In this document: positions 36,135 through 46,218 of the stretch, in pieces
Position numbering within the stretch: position 1 is the first letter of the stretch
Layout of the letters: each line of letters begins with the position of its first letter
NCBI GenBank assembly: GCA_023381015.1
Contig: JAMCTE010000016.1
Span: forward strand, 46,071 to 110,070
Origin: Patescibacteria group bacterium
GTDB taxonomy: Bacteria > Patescibacteriota > Microgenomatia > UBA1406 > GWC2-37-13
Direction: 5' to 3'
DNA length: 64,000 bases
The notes under the pieces: generated by a model
Seen by the model: only the letters and a program-made list of their open reading frames with translations
Told to the model about the DNA's origin: nothing
Database searches by the model: none
Position numbers and translations under genes: made by a program

Positions 36135-38416
36135 TTCTCAACTGTTGGAATCAGTTTCTTGGACAATAAATAATTAAAAACTTCTTTGGCTATGAATTGA
36201 TGGCCTAATTCGTTTACCTGATTTTGCTTGGAAAAATTATATTGAGGTTCGCTAATGCTGTCAATTAAATCATAATATACTTTTCCCGTCCCTAAACCTT
36301 GCCCCAATACCTTGCTGGTCGCGCCGGACAGATAAGGACTGATTACAACTATTGGACCAGAAAATATGGACCTAAAATCAAATAAATATGTCTTGTCTAT
36401 GGCTAAAAGTTTGTCGTCGCCTACTTCTTTTCTAGTATCGGCAAAGGCTTCAATATCAAGTGGAGTCTTTCCCCACATAACTTCATTGAATTGGTAAAAA
36501 GTGTCATTATTGACATACCATAGCACTAGATCGGGTTGATATTTTAGTCCCCGTCTTTCAAATCTCCAGACTTGATAAGGAATATCATAACCGTCAACGG
36601 CAACGTTAATAACTTGAACCCTCCTACCTAATAAATCCTCTAACCTCTCCGTCCAGTTGTCCTTAGTTTTGACCATTAAGCCAAAAGCCGTGTCGCTACC
36701 AACAACAACTATCCTAAAAATGCCAGGAGGTTTTTTTAGCGAATAATCAAACCTATCGTTCAAAGTATCTTGGTTAAAATGATATCCTCCTTGCGGATTA
36801 TCTTGACGCAATTTATAGATTTTTGGATCCGGTTCGGAAAAATAGTCGAAGCGGAAAATAATATTTCGGCAGCTTAAGACAAAATTATCAATACAGAAAT
36901 CAAATATTTGTTTGTTTTGGGTTTTGGATAAGGCATCTTTTGGAACTTTTGTTAACTCATTCAATTCTTGGTCAACGAATGATTTGGCTTGGGCTTTTCC
37001 TTCCAGTTTTGATTTTAATTGATATATTTTAGAGATTAAATCTAGGTTATCAAAACGATCTAAATAATAACTTTTTTCATAAAATTGAAGAGAGTTTCTC
37101 AAATCGTGTTTCTTTTCGTAAATTTGTCCCTTTTCTCTAACTGCCTTGTTGTCAAAAGGAACTAACTTTAAATATAAATCCAAATTATTTTTGACCAACT
37201 TACTGTTAATCGATTGATCGAAAAAAACAATAATTAAACTAGAAATTATGAGCACCGATATCGACAATCCAAAAAAAAGCTTCGTCAAAAATTTTTTATC
37301 AAAGTAAGTTTTTTCATCGTAGATAGCCGCCGATAAAATAATGAATAATATGAAGACCGAGTATATTTTATATGTGTAGTCTGTCTGGAAGTTTATCAAT
37401 AAATACAAGAACAGCAAAAAATACGGGGATTTTTTTTCTGATCTTTTCAGAATCATAAAGACAAACGCCAAAAGAAATACGGCACCAAACATACCGGAAC
37501 CAATTAATTCTTCTAAAAATATGTTGTGGGTGACCTCTGTCCATTGACTCGGTTGACTAACATGTTGAGTTGAGACATAACCGAAATTGCCACCGCCGAA
37601 GCCGAAAAATGGCCTTTCCAAAAATCCGTTTTTGATTTGTTCTAGATAACCATTTCTTCCCGAAAGCAACTCTTTATTAGCCAAATAACCGGTTTGATGA
37701 AAAGCCTCTAAAGTCTTGGAAACTAAGGGTAATTGAATTAATGATGGAATTACTAGCCAAAACAGTAGTATCAAAAAAATCGCTGATAAAACTACCGACT
37801 TAGCAGTTCTGTCTTTTCTTAACAACCAAAAGAAAGATAGGGTAAAAATTAATGCCAAATAAGACGAACGGGAATAAGAAAGAACAAAAAACGGTGAAAT
37901 CAATAAAACTGGTGCATAGTTGCCATAAAATAATAAATAAACTATCGTCATCCCTAAAAAATCACCCAAATGATTATGCAGGCCAAAAACTGTCTTAACC
38001 AACTGGTATCCTGTCATCTGAACATTTCTCAAAGGAGGCAACAAAAACGAAGAAATAAAGAATAGAATAAAAATAATTGTGCCAAGTATTATTTCGACAT
38101 TAATAATTCGCCTGGCTTCTTTTTTGAATTGGTAAAAAAATAAGAAAATCATAAAAGAACTCAAATAAAAAAGGAGCTGTAACAAAGAGTTCTCTTTATT
38201 GACCGCGTTAATTAGAGAAATAAAATTCATTATTAACAAACCAGTAAAAACTAAGGTGATTTTTTTCGGAAAAACTATCTTTTTCTTGCTAAAAAAAATG
38301 AAAATCGACAACAAGGTCGGTAAACAAAAATAAATCAATAGGAATAGATTCCTATTGATCCCTAACCCTTCACCAATAAAACTGATGACAAATAAGCTGG
38401 AAACGAAAAATGTCAT
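36131..38416 (-). CDS. O-antigen ligase-like + TPR-like + SGNH fusion protein
   Basis: Wzy_C motifs (SYSRSS, PFFGFGGGNF, THNIFLE), helical linker, then DTLNDRFDY..KP...FRIVVVGSD..FG...NWTE SGNH-like domain. Confidence 0.7.
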   Translation of the reverse strand: MTFFVSSLFVISFIGEGLGINRNLFLLIYFCLPTLLSIFIFFSKKKIVFPKKITLVFTGLLIMNFISLINAVNKENSLLQLLFYLSSFMIFLFFYQFKKEARRIINVEIILGTIIFILFFISSFLLPPLRNVQMTGYQLVKTVFGLHNHLGDFLGMTIVYLLFYGNYAPVLLISPFFVLSYSRSSYLALIFTLSFFWLLRKDRTAKSVVLSAIFLILLFWLVIPSLIQLPLVSKTLEAFHQTGYLANKELLSGRNGYLEQIKNGFLERPFFGFGGGNFGYVSTQHVSQPSQWTEVTHNIFLEELIGSGMFGAVFLLAFVFMILKRSEKKSPYFLLFLYLLINFQTDYTYKIYSVFILFIILSAAIYDEKTYFDKKFLTKLFFGLSISVLIISSLIIVFFDQSINSKLVKNNLDLYLKLVPFDNKAVREKGQIYEKKHDLRNSLQFYEKSYYLDRFDNLDLISKIYQLKSKLEGKAQAKSFVDQELNELTKVPKDALSKTQNKQIFDFCIDNFVLSCRNIIFRFDYFSEPDPKIYKLRQDNPQGGYHFNQDTLNDRFDYSLKKPPGIFRIVVVGSDTAFGLMVKTKDNWTERLEDLLGRRVQVINVAVDGYDIPYQVWRFERRGLKYQPDLVLWYVNNDTFYQFNEVMWGKTPLDIEAFADTRKEVGDDKLLAIDKTYLFDFRSIFSGPIVVISPYLSGATSKVLGQGLGTGKVYYDLIDSISEPQYNFSKQNQVNELGHQFIAKEVFNYLLSKKLIPTVEK

Positions 38417-38484
38417 GAGTATAGAATATCACTAAAGCGGCTTTCCTTGACACATAAATTGAAGTCTGATAGTCTGAATATAGC

Positions 38485-39429
38485 ATGAAAAAGGTTGTTT
38501 GGCTTTATATCATTATTTTTGTTGTCATCTTAATCCGTGGACAACTCATTCCTTTTCCTTCGTTTGTTTATGGTCAATATACAGCTACGCCTACCAATAC
38601 GGCCACGCCGACAAATACACCTACGCCAACCTCGACTAACACTCCAACTCCAACCCCAACTGCGACTCCAACACCGATTCCCCATTGGACCAAACTAAAA
38701 AATACTTCTTTCTCGTCTGTCAATGGCCTGAGCAATCCTATTCCGCCAATTGTTTCCGCTTATGATACCGATGATGACGGCAGCCGATACTTTATTATCG
38801 CATCAACTAATTACAGCCCAGGCATGGCGACTGCCCAGTCGTTTTATCTGAACGGGGCCGACGTATCGACCAATAAATGGCAATCTAGTTTTACCAAAGC
38901 GATCACGATGACACCGACGGATTTTTTGAGTTACGTCCAGTCGAGAAAAGTATATACCTCCTTTACTAACGTCAGCGACATCGGGACAAATAGCTACAAT
39001 AACCAAATTTTGGTATCCAGCGGGTCTTTAATTGTCAGCAGTTCTAACGTCAGCAACTTCAACAACCGGAATCTCGTCGTCGTTGTCAACGGCAATTTAA
39101 GTTTCGACAACACCCTAACTTCATTTATCCCCAGCGGGACACCAACTAATGGCCATATCGCCTTTTTGGTGACCGGGTCAATAACCTTTGCCGATACGAT
39201 TACCGAAGCCGACGGCATCTTTGTGGCGCCGACGATAGATTTAGGAACGACCGTCAACCAAGGATTAAAAGTCGTCGGCAATCTGGCTGCCTTGACAACT
39301 CTTACCAACAACAGATTCTGGAGCAGCAATGCCAAACCGTCGGTATTTATTGTTTTTGACAAGAGCTTTTATATTTCCCTGTTGCCCTATCTGTCAATCG
39401 CAAATTATAATTGGCAACAATTACAGTAA
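38485..39429 (+). CDS. Secreted PT-repeat protein, probably pilus-associated
   Basis: Signal/TM, TPT repeats, beta-helix-like C-domain ending NYNWQQLQ; adjacent to PilX-like gene. Confidence 0.55.
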   Translation: MKKVVWLYIIIFVVILIRGQLIPFPSFVYGQYTATPTNTATPTNTPTPTSTNTPTPTPTATPTPIPHWTKLKNTSFSSVNGLSNPIPPIVSAYDTDDDGSRYFIIASTNYSPGMATAQSFYLNGADVSTNKWQSSFTKAITMTPTDFLSYVQSRKVYTSFTNVSDIGTNSYNNQILVSSGSLIVSSSNVSNFNNRNLVVVVNGNLSFDNTLTSFIPSGTPTNGHIAFLVTGSITFADTITEADGIFVAPTIDLGTTVNQGLKVVGNLAALTTLTNNRFWSSNAKPSVFIVFDKSFYISLLPYLSIANYNWQQLQ

Positions 39430-39430
39430 T

Positions 39431-40207
39431 ATGAAAAAAGCCCAAGCTTTACTCGTTACGATCATGGTCTTGGCGACCATAATGACGCTTGTGTTGGCGA
39501 TCTCCTTCCAATCTGTCACGGAAACGCAAACCTCAAAGCTAGAGGAAGAGAACAAAAAAGCCTTGGCGGCGGCTGAGGCGGCTCTTGAAGTATCGATAAA
39601 AACCGGTACAAACTCAACCCTTGGCGCCGGCGGGAGCCCGGAATTATCAAATATCACCGGATTCACCGGTGGAGCAACTGTGTCAAGCCTAAATAGTAAT
39701 ACTTTTACGACTCAAACTGTTGAAAAAGACGACCAATACACTTTTTACTTGTCTACATACAATCCAAACACCAATCCGCCCTCCCTTGGGACGACGTCGA
39801 CGGATGAACCGATTACGATCTGTTATGAGGCCGGTTCGACCAACCCCGCCCTGGAAGTTACCGTCATAAAAACAGATCGGATTGAAAAGTATGCGATTGA
39901 TCAGGATCAAACCAGGATTACCAATGCCTCACTTTCTTCTCAAAATGTTTGTCCGGACAACAGCTTTAAGTATTCCTACACGATTCCTTCGGGTACCAAC
40001 GGAGTAGGCACTAATGCTCAGTTGCTGATCGTCAAAGTCTTATTCAACGCTTCGAAACTATATTTTTCAAGAAGCTCTGTCTTCCCGACCCAAGGAAAAG
40101 CAGCCACAAGCGAAGTTAATTCGACGACCGGAGGCGTTTCCAAAAAAGTATATCTATTCCAAACCTACCCACAGATTCCTAATGACTTTTTTGACACTTC
40201 ATTTTAA
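39431..40207 (+). CDS. PilX-like minor pilin
   Basis: MKKAQALLVTIMVLA..., ALAAAEAALE; true start ATG 39431. Confidence 0.65.
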   Translation: MKKAQALLVTIMVLATIMTLVLAISFQSVTETQTSKLEEENKKALAAAEAALEVSIKTGTNSTLGAGGSPELSNITGFTGGATVSSLNSNTFTTQTVEKDDQYTFYLSTYNPNTNPPSLGTTSTDEPITICYEAGSTNPALEVTVIKTDRIEKYAIDQDQTRITNASLSSQNVCPDNSFKYSYTIPSGTNGVGTNAQLLIVKVLFNASKLYFSRSSVFPTQGKAATSEVNSTTGGVSKKVYLFQTYPQIPNDFFDTSF

Positions 40208-41535
40208 GCAAGGGATTTTTTTATCAAACCGACTAGCCTGTTAAATTCAATCTTTTTTTTGGCTTCGCGCATCACCATGCCAACCAAGAAATTAATGACG
40301 TTGGTTTTTCCAGCTTTGTAGTCAACAACAGCTTTCGGGTTAGCCAAAAGGACTTTTTTGATAATGTCGAGTAAAAATTCGTCGGAGACTTCATCGACCG
40401 AGGTCAATTTTTTGAATTCGGCAATGGTTTTTATTTTCTTATGGACCATCGCATTAACCAACTTCTCCACCGACAGTTTTTCTTTTGTTGCCGTAGCAAA
40501 CATTTCATCGAGCCGATCGGCATCGCTGGCAGTTTCAAACAATAGCTCAACCAATTCCGGCTTTAACCGGTATTCTTCCTGCCAACTTTTTAACCTCAAA
40601 TCAAAATCAACCGGATTGGATTTGGTTATTTCACCAAGCCATTTGCTATCGATATTAATAGGAGGCAGGTCAGGGTCTGGAAAATATCGATAATCAGCCG
40701 CTTCTTCCTTTGTTCTTTGGGAATAAGTCCTGTTTTTTTCGGCGTTAAAACCTCTTGTCTCCTGGATTGGTGTTTCCCCTTTTTCTAAGATTTCCTTTTG
40801 CCTTTCAATCTCATATTCGATTCCCCGCTCCAAAAAACGAAATGAATTTATGTTTTTAAGTTCAACTTTATAATTTGGTAATTTTAAATTTGAAATTGGT
40901 TTGTCATTTGTCATTTGAGAATCGACATTTAGAAGCGAAATGTTCGCCTCCAACCTCATTCCGCCTTTTTCCATATCGGCGTCCGATATGTCGAGGTAGC
41001 GAACGATCTGACGAAGTTTCTTTGCGTATTCTTTGGCTTGAGCTGCAGAATAGATCTCCGGTTCGGTGACAATTTCGACTAATGGTACACTTGATCGATT
41101 AAAATCAATCAAGGAAACATTCTGGCCGTCGACCTCTTGATGAATCAACTTTCCCGTATCTTCTTCCAAATGGACTCTGGTTATGCCAACCAATCCTAGA
41201 GGCGTTTCCACTTTTCCTTGATAACAGAATGGCAAATCGTACTGACTGATCTGGTATCCTTTTGGCAGATCTGGATAGAAATAATGTTTTCTGTCGAATT
41301 TGGAAAGAGAATTGATCTTGCAGCCAAGGGCTAAACCGAGTTTTATCGTCCACTCTATGGCTTTTTTGTTGGCGACCGGCAAAGCCCCTGGTAAGCCTAG
41401 ACAGACCGGACAAGTATAGACGTTTGGTTTACCTGCGTGGAATGGATCATTTTTGCAGCTACAAAACATCTTGGAGGCAGTTTTAAGCTCGACATGAACT
41501 TCCATACCGATAATCGGCTGATATTTTTTATCCAT
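40204..41535 (-). CDS. gatB: Asp/Glu-tRNA amidotransferase subunit B
   Basis: IGMEVHVEL, FDRKHYFYPDLPKGYQISQ, HLEEDTGK, YRYFPDPDLP; start MDKKY (41535). Confidence 0.97.
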   Translation of the reverse strand: MDKKYQPIIGMEVHVELKTASKMFCSCKNDPFHAGKPNVYTCPVCLGLPGALPVANKKAIEWTIKLGLALGCKINSLSKFDRKHYFYPDLPKGYQISQYDLPFCYQGKVETPLGLVGITRVHLEEDTGKLIHQEVDGQNVSLIDFNRSSVPLVEIVTEPEIYSAAQAKEYAKKLRQIVRYLDISDADMEKGGMRLEANISLLNVDSQMTNDKPISNLKLPNYKVELKNINSFRFLERGIEYEIERQKEILEKGETPIQETRGFNAEKNRTYSQRTKEEAADYRYFPDPDLPPINIDSKWLGEITKSNPVDFDLRLKSWQEEYRLKPELVELLFETASDADRLDEMFATATKEKLSVEKLVNAMVHKKIKTIAEFKKLTSVDEVSDEFLLDIIKKVLLANPKAVVDYKAGKTNVINFLVGMVMREAKKKIEFNRLVGLIKKSLA

Positions 41536-42958
41536 TCTTGAATTTAGGGTGAATCTTGTAATACTCTGTTTCTTTTTCAAAAAGATAGGCTGTTTTATAA
41601 AGCAGCTCTTCGCTAAACTGCGGACCCATCAACTGCATTCCTACGGGCAGATCATCGACAAAACCGCTCTGGATACTCAAACCCGGGATACCGGCTAAAT
41701 TTACAGGACAAAGAAAGATATCAGAAAGATACATTGCCAATGGATCGTCTGTTTTCTCTCCGATCTTGAAAGGCAAAGTCGGAGAAGTCGGAGCGACTAT
41801 GACGTCAACTTTTTCAAAAGCCTTTTCAAAATCTTGTTTTATCAGGGTCCTCACTTTAGCCGCCTTAAGATAATAAGCATCGTAGTAGCCTGACGAAAGG
41901 GTGTACGAACCAAGCATAATCCTTCTTTTCGCTTCGGCGCCAAAAACCTCCCTAGCTTTGCCGTATCTGACTCCGTCGAACCTGGAGAGGTTCGAACTGA
42001 CCTCGGAGGGAACAAGAATGTAATATGCGGCCATAGCGTAATCTGTATAAGGTAAGGAAATTTCTTGTATTGTGGCTCCGAGTTTTTCAAATACTTGCAA
42101 TGAATTTCTTATGGACTCGTCAATCTTTTTATCGAGGCCTTCGACAAAATACTCTTTTGGCAAACCTATCTTTAACCCTTTGATACTCTGCCCGAGCACT
42201 TTCGTATAGCTACCAACTTTCTCCGGAACAGTGGTGCTATCGTAAGGGTCAACTCCTGCAGTCACTTCCAAAACCTTAGCGTTGTCATAGACTGTTTTGG
42301 TCATGTGGCCTATGGTATCAAAAGAAGAAGCCATGGCAATAATGCCGTACCGGGAAACTCGGCCGTATGTCGGTTTTAAACCGACCAGGTTGCAAAACCC
42401 TGCCGGCAATCTGACCGAACTACCGGTATCTGTGCCTGTACCGACCAATGAAGCTCCGTAGGCAACAGCCGCCCCTGAACCGCTGCTTGATCCTCCAGGC
42501 ACCCTGGTCAGATCATATGGATTTTTTGTCGGCTCATAATCGGTGTTTTCCCCCGACGAACCGTGGCCCCAAGCGTCTTGGTTGGTTTTTCCTGTGATTA
42601 TCGCTCCGGCCGCCAATAACTTTTTGATTACCGTGGAGTTGAAGGGAGGAATATAGTCGCCGATGATCTTTGACCCGGCAGTCGTCCGGATTCCTTCGGT
42701 CGTAAAAAGATCTTTGACAGCGACAGGAACTCCGAGAAGCGGTTTTTTATCAAATATTTGAGCGTCTTCTTTTATCAAATCATCATATTCTTTAGCTTGC
42801 TTTAAAGCATTTTCCTCATCCAGAGTCAAAAAGGCATTGATTTTTTTATCGTTTTTTTTTATGTTCGAGAAAGTCTCTTTAGTCAACTCGAGACAGGAAA
42901 AAGTTTTATCTTTTAATGCCTCAATCGTGTCTTTTATGGTAAGTTCCAGTAGATCCAT
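41528..42958 (-). CDS. gatA: Asp/Glu-tRNA amidotransferase subunit A
   Basis: Amidase signature PGGSSSGS, GTDTGSSVRLPA, KPTYGRVSRYG. Confidence 0.97.
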   Translation of the reverse strand: MDLLELTIKDTIEALKDKTFSCLELTKETFSNIKKNDKKINAFLTLDEENALKQAKEYDDLIKEDAQIFDKKPLLGVPVAVKDLFTTEGIRTTAGSKIIGDYIPPFNSTVIKKLLAAGAIITGKTNQDAWGHGSSGENTDYEPTKNPYDLTRVPGGSSSGSGAAVAYGASLVGTGTDTGSSVRLPAGFCNLVGLKPTYGRVSRYGIIAMASSFDTIGHMTKTVYDNAKVLEVTAGVDPYDSTTVPEKVGSYTKVLGQSIKGLKIGLPKEYFVEGLDKKIDESIRNSLQVFEKLGATIQEISLPYTDYAMAAYYILVPSEVSSNLSRFDGVRYGKAREVFGAEAKRRIMLGSYTLSSGYYDAYYLKAAKVRTLIKQDFEKAFEKVDVIVAPTSPTLPFKIGEKTDDPLAMYLSDIFLCPVNLAGIPGLSIQSGFVDDLPVGMQLMGPQFSEELLYKTAYLFEKETEYYKIHPKFKNG

Positions 42959-42959
42959 A

Positions 42960-43265
42960 TCATTCCGTCAAAATCGCCTTAACTTTAAACAAGCCGTTTG
43001 CTTTGGATTTAGTATTTGCCAAGGCTTTATCCTGAGGTAGGGTTCGTTCTTCATTGACCTTGTCTTCCCTGAAAACATCTGTCAGTCCGGTGATCTGACT
43101 CGACGGCTCAATCTTTTTCGTATCTACTTCTTGTAGTTTATCTATATAGTCTATAACCGAAGAGAGTTGCTTCTTGAACATTTCTACTTCTTTATCATTC
43201 AAGGTCAAATTGCCCAATTTGGCGATATGAATGATGTCTTCGCTCGTCAGATGCTTTTTTGCCAT
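42960..43265 (-). CDS. gatC: Asp/Glu-tRNA amidotransferase subunit C
   Basis: HIAKLGNL, LQEVDT, FREDKV, FKVKAI; operon position. Confidence 0.93.
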   Translation of the reverse strand: MAKKHLTSEDIIHIAKLGNLTLNDKEVEMFKKQLSSVIDYIDKLQEVDTKKIEPSSQITGLTDVFREDKVNEERTLPQDKALANTKSKANGLFKVKAILTE

Positions 43266-43286
43266 GGATTTATTTTACAACAAAGT

Positions 43287-43772
43287 TTATGAAGATTTAT
43301 AGCCAATCTTCCTCAGGAAACCTTTTCTGTCCTTTTCATCGTTTTCCGTTTCGACGCCGTTTGGCGAACCGCCATCGATAACTCCCATTATGCCGCGCCC
43401 CTGTTTCGTCTCGACGACGATTATTTCTGTCGGATTGGCAGTCGCGCAATATATCCTTGTCACCTCTGATAAATTTTTTATCCTGTTTAGTACGTTAATT
43501 GGAAAAGCATTATTGAGAAATATGAACAATGAGTGTCCGGCACCGACTTTTTCGGCATTCTTGACCGCTAGTTTGATCATTTCTTCATCTGTGCCAACCT
43601 TTCTGATCTTTCTTGGACCTGAGGCTTCGCAAAAAGCCAGACCGAATTTTATCCCCGGCACTGCTTCCACTAAAGTTTCATAACAATCCTCGACCGTCTT
43701 GATAAAATGCGACTGGGCCAAAATGAAGTTAATTCCCTCTGGTTTTTCTATTTTCACATTTATAAATTTCAT
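43287..43772 (-). CDS. Adenosine-specific kinase family (DUF355) protein
   Basis: [28 protein letters not shown]. Confidence 0.85.
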   Translation of the reverse strand: MKFINVKIEKPEGINFILAQSHFIKTVEDCYETLVEAVPGIKFGLAFCEASGPRKIRKVGTDEEMIKLAVKNAEKVGAGHSLFIFLNNAFPINVLNRIKNLSEVTRIYCATANPTEIIVVETKQGRGIMGVIDGGSPNGVETENDEKDRKGFLRKIGYKSS

Positions 43773-43789
43773 AATAATATTTTACTAAA

Positions 43790-44590
43790 TTATTTTTGAT
43801 CATCATCGAAGAATTCATAATAGCTTAAAACGCAGGTGGAGAAAAGCACCATCCAAAAAACAAATTCCTCTATAGGAAACTGGAGTTTAAACAAAGAAAT
43901 CGTTACCCAGCCAATATAATCTTTACCATTAAAACGCCAATGATTTAAAGATAAGCCAACCAGCTCAAACATCAATCCCTGGTAAAAAAAATAGGCACCG
44001 GCTTTGACAAATTTTGATACTAACCTGGGAAAAAACGATAAAAAACTGACAATGGGCAGTAAAACAAAGATTAAACCGGCAGAAATATAAAAATAGCGAA
44101 TATCTAAAAAGGAGCGGTTTAAATAGTAAATCAAAAATGTAACAACTAACAAAGATATGGCCGCGACAATAAAATATTTCAGATTAGTGTCTTTAAGATT
44201 ATGCCTGCCCTTATCCAAAAAATGTTCATAAAGCATGATTATGTCATAAACTAACAAAAACCCCCAAACCAGATCTTCAACAGGGACAAGGTTAAATAAT
44301 CTTAAAGAAAAAACCGTATGCGGAACAACCCAAGCAAGACTGCTAACTGCAAAAAAATCACCGATAAACGCTCCAACTACACCCATAATTAGTGCAAAAA
44401 TGAATGACTTCTTTACCGCATGATTATTTCTAAAAGAAAGATAAATTGCCGGTATCCCAAAAAATAACAGCGTACTGGTAAAATAGTCTGTTCTAAAAAT
44501 CAAAGACGCTATCGTTGCAAAAATCGGAGATAAAATAAGAAAAACAATGTCAATCTTTTTTGAAAGAAGGCTGTGTTTTCGTTTTATCAT
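43790..44590 (-). CDS. Lycopene-cyclase-domain-like membrane protein (two repeats)
   Basis: VPVEDLVWGF and FPIEEFVFW repeats; start MIKRKH at 44590 (longer ORF overlaps the tRNA). Confidence 0.55.
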   Translation of the reverse strand: MIKRKHSLLSKKIDIVFLILSPIFATIASLIFRTDYFTSTLLFFGIPAIYLSFRNNHAVKKSFIFALIMGVVGAFIGDFFAVSSLAWVVPHTVFSLRLFNLVPVEDLVWGFLLVYDIIMLYEHFLDKGRHNLKDTNLKYFIVAAISLLVVTFLIYYLNRSFLDIRYFYISAGLIFVLLPIVSFLSFFPRLVSKFVKAGAYFFYQGLMFELVGLSLNHWRFNGKDYIGWVTISLFKLQFPIEEFVFWMVLFSTCVLSYYEFFDDDQK

Positions 44591-44598
44591 GAAAAAAT

Positions 44599-44629
44599 GT
44601 CCGCCTTCGCTAAAAAGCTTCGGCGGGAC
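44599..44629. repeat. GC-rich REP-like hairpin immediately 3' of tRNA-Pro
   Basis: GTCCGCC-TTCGCTAAAAAGCTTC-GGCGGGAC. Confidence 0.55.
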
Positions 44630-44633
44630 TATG

Positions 44634-44707
44634 TCGGGGCGGCGGGACTTGAACCCACGGTCTTCAGACCCCCAGCCTGACGCTTTAGCCATCTAAGCTA
44701 CGCCCCG
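44634..44707 (-). tRNA. tRNA-Pro (GGG)
   Basis: CGGGGCG acceptor stem, TCAGG-CTGGGGG-TCTGA anticodon arm, GGTTCAAGTCC T arm; CCA not encoded. Confidence 0.95.
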
Positions 44708-44724
44708 TTATGCCCTATTTTATA

Positions 44725-46209
44725 TCACTTTTTGTAAATAATCCTGTTTAAATTAGAAAAAAGATTGTTGACTATCTCTTTATGGTTTAAAGCAACGTTA
44801 ACCAATTCTTTTTTATCATTCTGCAGATTATAAAGTTTGAATTCAGGATCTTTACTTGAATAAAAATAATTAACTATTAGCTTATATTTATAATCCATGA
44901 TCGAATCAATGTTCGGCCCTTCAGAGATAAGGTACTGATTCTTCTTTGCATAAGAAAGATTGAGAATCGAATCTGTCAGATCTATGCCGTCGAAACTAGC
45001 TCCTTTTGGCTTATTGATACCAACCAAGTCCAAAATCGTGGGAAGTAAATCGATGTTCTGCACCAGGTCACTATTTTTCACATGTTTAATTTTTGGGATA
45101 TGCATAATTAATGGCACTTTTGTTGTCTCGTCATATAACCCATCAACAGGGTGACTCATGAAACCATGTTCATTAAAAGCTTCGCCGTGAACAGACGTAA
45201 TAATTACAACCGTATTATCTGCGAGTTGTTTGTTACTCTTTAATAAATCAAATAATATTTTTAATTTAAGATCCAAATAGAATATCAATTCATCATATAA
45301 ATCTCTACCATATTGGAGTGTATCTTTATTTCTAGCTAATAACGACAAATAATATTGTGTATAAAGTTCTTTAGAATAGATATCGGGGACGGAAGTATCA
45401 AAAATTTTTTTTGCTTCTTCAAGATTGCTGGCTTTTCTTAACGAAAAATATATCTGTAAAGCCTTTGATTCTGGCACATTGATATAAATTTTTTTTAGAT
45501 AAGAAAGCAAAAAATTATAGAATCCGCTAGTAAATGAAAAGAATTCTTTAGAAGTCACAGGTATGTCTGAAAAATATTTTTTAGTATAGAGTCTTTTTTT
45601 ATTGCCGTCTTCAAGATCATCAACAGAATAGGGACTGTGAACCCAGTAAGTCTGTAAATACATGAACGTTTTTTGTCCTTTTAAATTATTTTTAATTAAT
45701 TCCATATAACCCTGCTGCCAAGCATCAATATTATCAAGAGTGTTAATTTCTTTGAACCCTGGAGTTATTGGTTGGTTAGGGTCATTGATTGATCCAATGT
45801 AGATAGTTTTATAACCTGTTGTTTCTAAAATTTGCGGTAAAGTGACAATGTTTTTACTTAGCACGTCCCCTTGTTTTTCTATTCCATGATGTTTTGGATA
45901 TAGGGAGGTAAAAATGGAAAAATAACTGGGCAAGGTCCAACCACCGTTGGAATAAGAATTGGAGAATATGACATTCTCGCTGGCAAACTTACACAAGTTA
46001 GGAGCGGTATTTCGATCGTAACCGTAACAAGGCAGATGATTGGCGCCCAAGGTATCAAGGGATATTAAAATGACATTACAATCCTTACAGATCGGCCTGA
46101 TAAAAAAAGATTTTAAATCAATATGAAATATTGTTAAACCAAGATAAATGACAATCAAAAGGAGACAAAAATTGACCAAAACGATTGGTTTTTTGAAAAA
46201 ATTTAACAC
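44725..46209 (-). CDS. Sulfatase-like protein (tandem copy 2)
   Basis: NVILISLDTL, WTLPSYFSIFTS, VHGE; GTG start. Confidence 0.85.
   Translation of the reverse strand: MLNFFKKPIVLVNFCLLLIVIYLGLTIFHIDLKSFFIRPICKDCNVILISLDTLGANHLPCYGYDRNTAPNLCKFASENVIFSNSYSNGGWTLPSYFSIFTSLYPKHHGIEKQGDVLSKNIVTLPQILETTGYKTIYIGSINDPNQPITPGFKEINTLDNIDAWQQGYMELIKNNLKGQKTFMYLQTYWVHSPYSVDDLEDGNKKRLYTKKYFSDIPVTSKEFFSFTSGFYNFLLSYLKKIYINVPESKALQIYFSLRKASNLEEAKKIFDTSVPDIYSKELYTQYYLSLLARNKDTLQYGRDLYDELIFYLDLKLKILFDLLKSNKQLADNTVVIITSVHGEAFNEHGFMSHPVDGLYDETTKVPLIMHIPKIKHVKNSDLVQNIDLLPTILDLVGINKPKGASFDGIDLTDSILNLSYAKKNQYLISEGPNIDSIMDYKYKLIVNYFYSSKDPEFKLYNLQNDKKELVNVALNHKEIVNNLFSNLNRIIYKK
45974..46204. repeat. 231-bp direct repeat, copy 1
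   Basis: Appears identical by eye to 47486-47716. Confidence 0.85.
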
Positions 46210-46218
46210 TGTTTTATT

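Noticed and set aside
38581-38682. Nucleotide tandem repeat or CRISPR-like array
   Set aside because: Pro/Thr linker with varied codons; protein-level low complexity only. No CRISPR array seen anywhere in the window.
44591-44692. N-terminal extension of ORF 43790..44692
   Set aside because: It runs through tRNA-Pro and a hairpin; the real start is ATG 44590.
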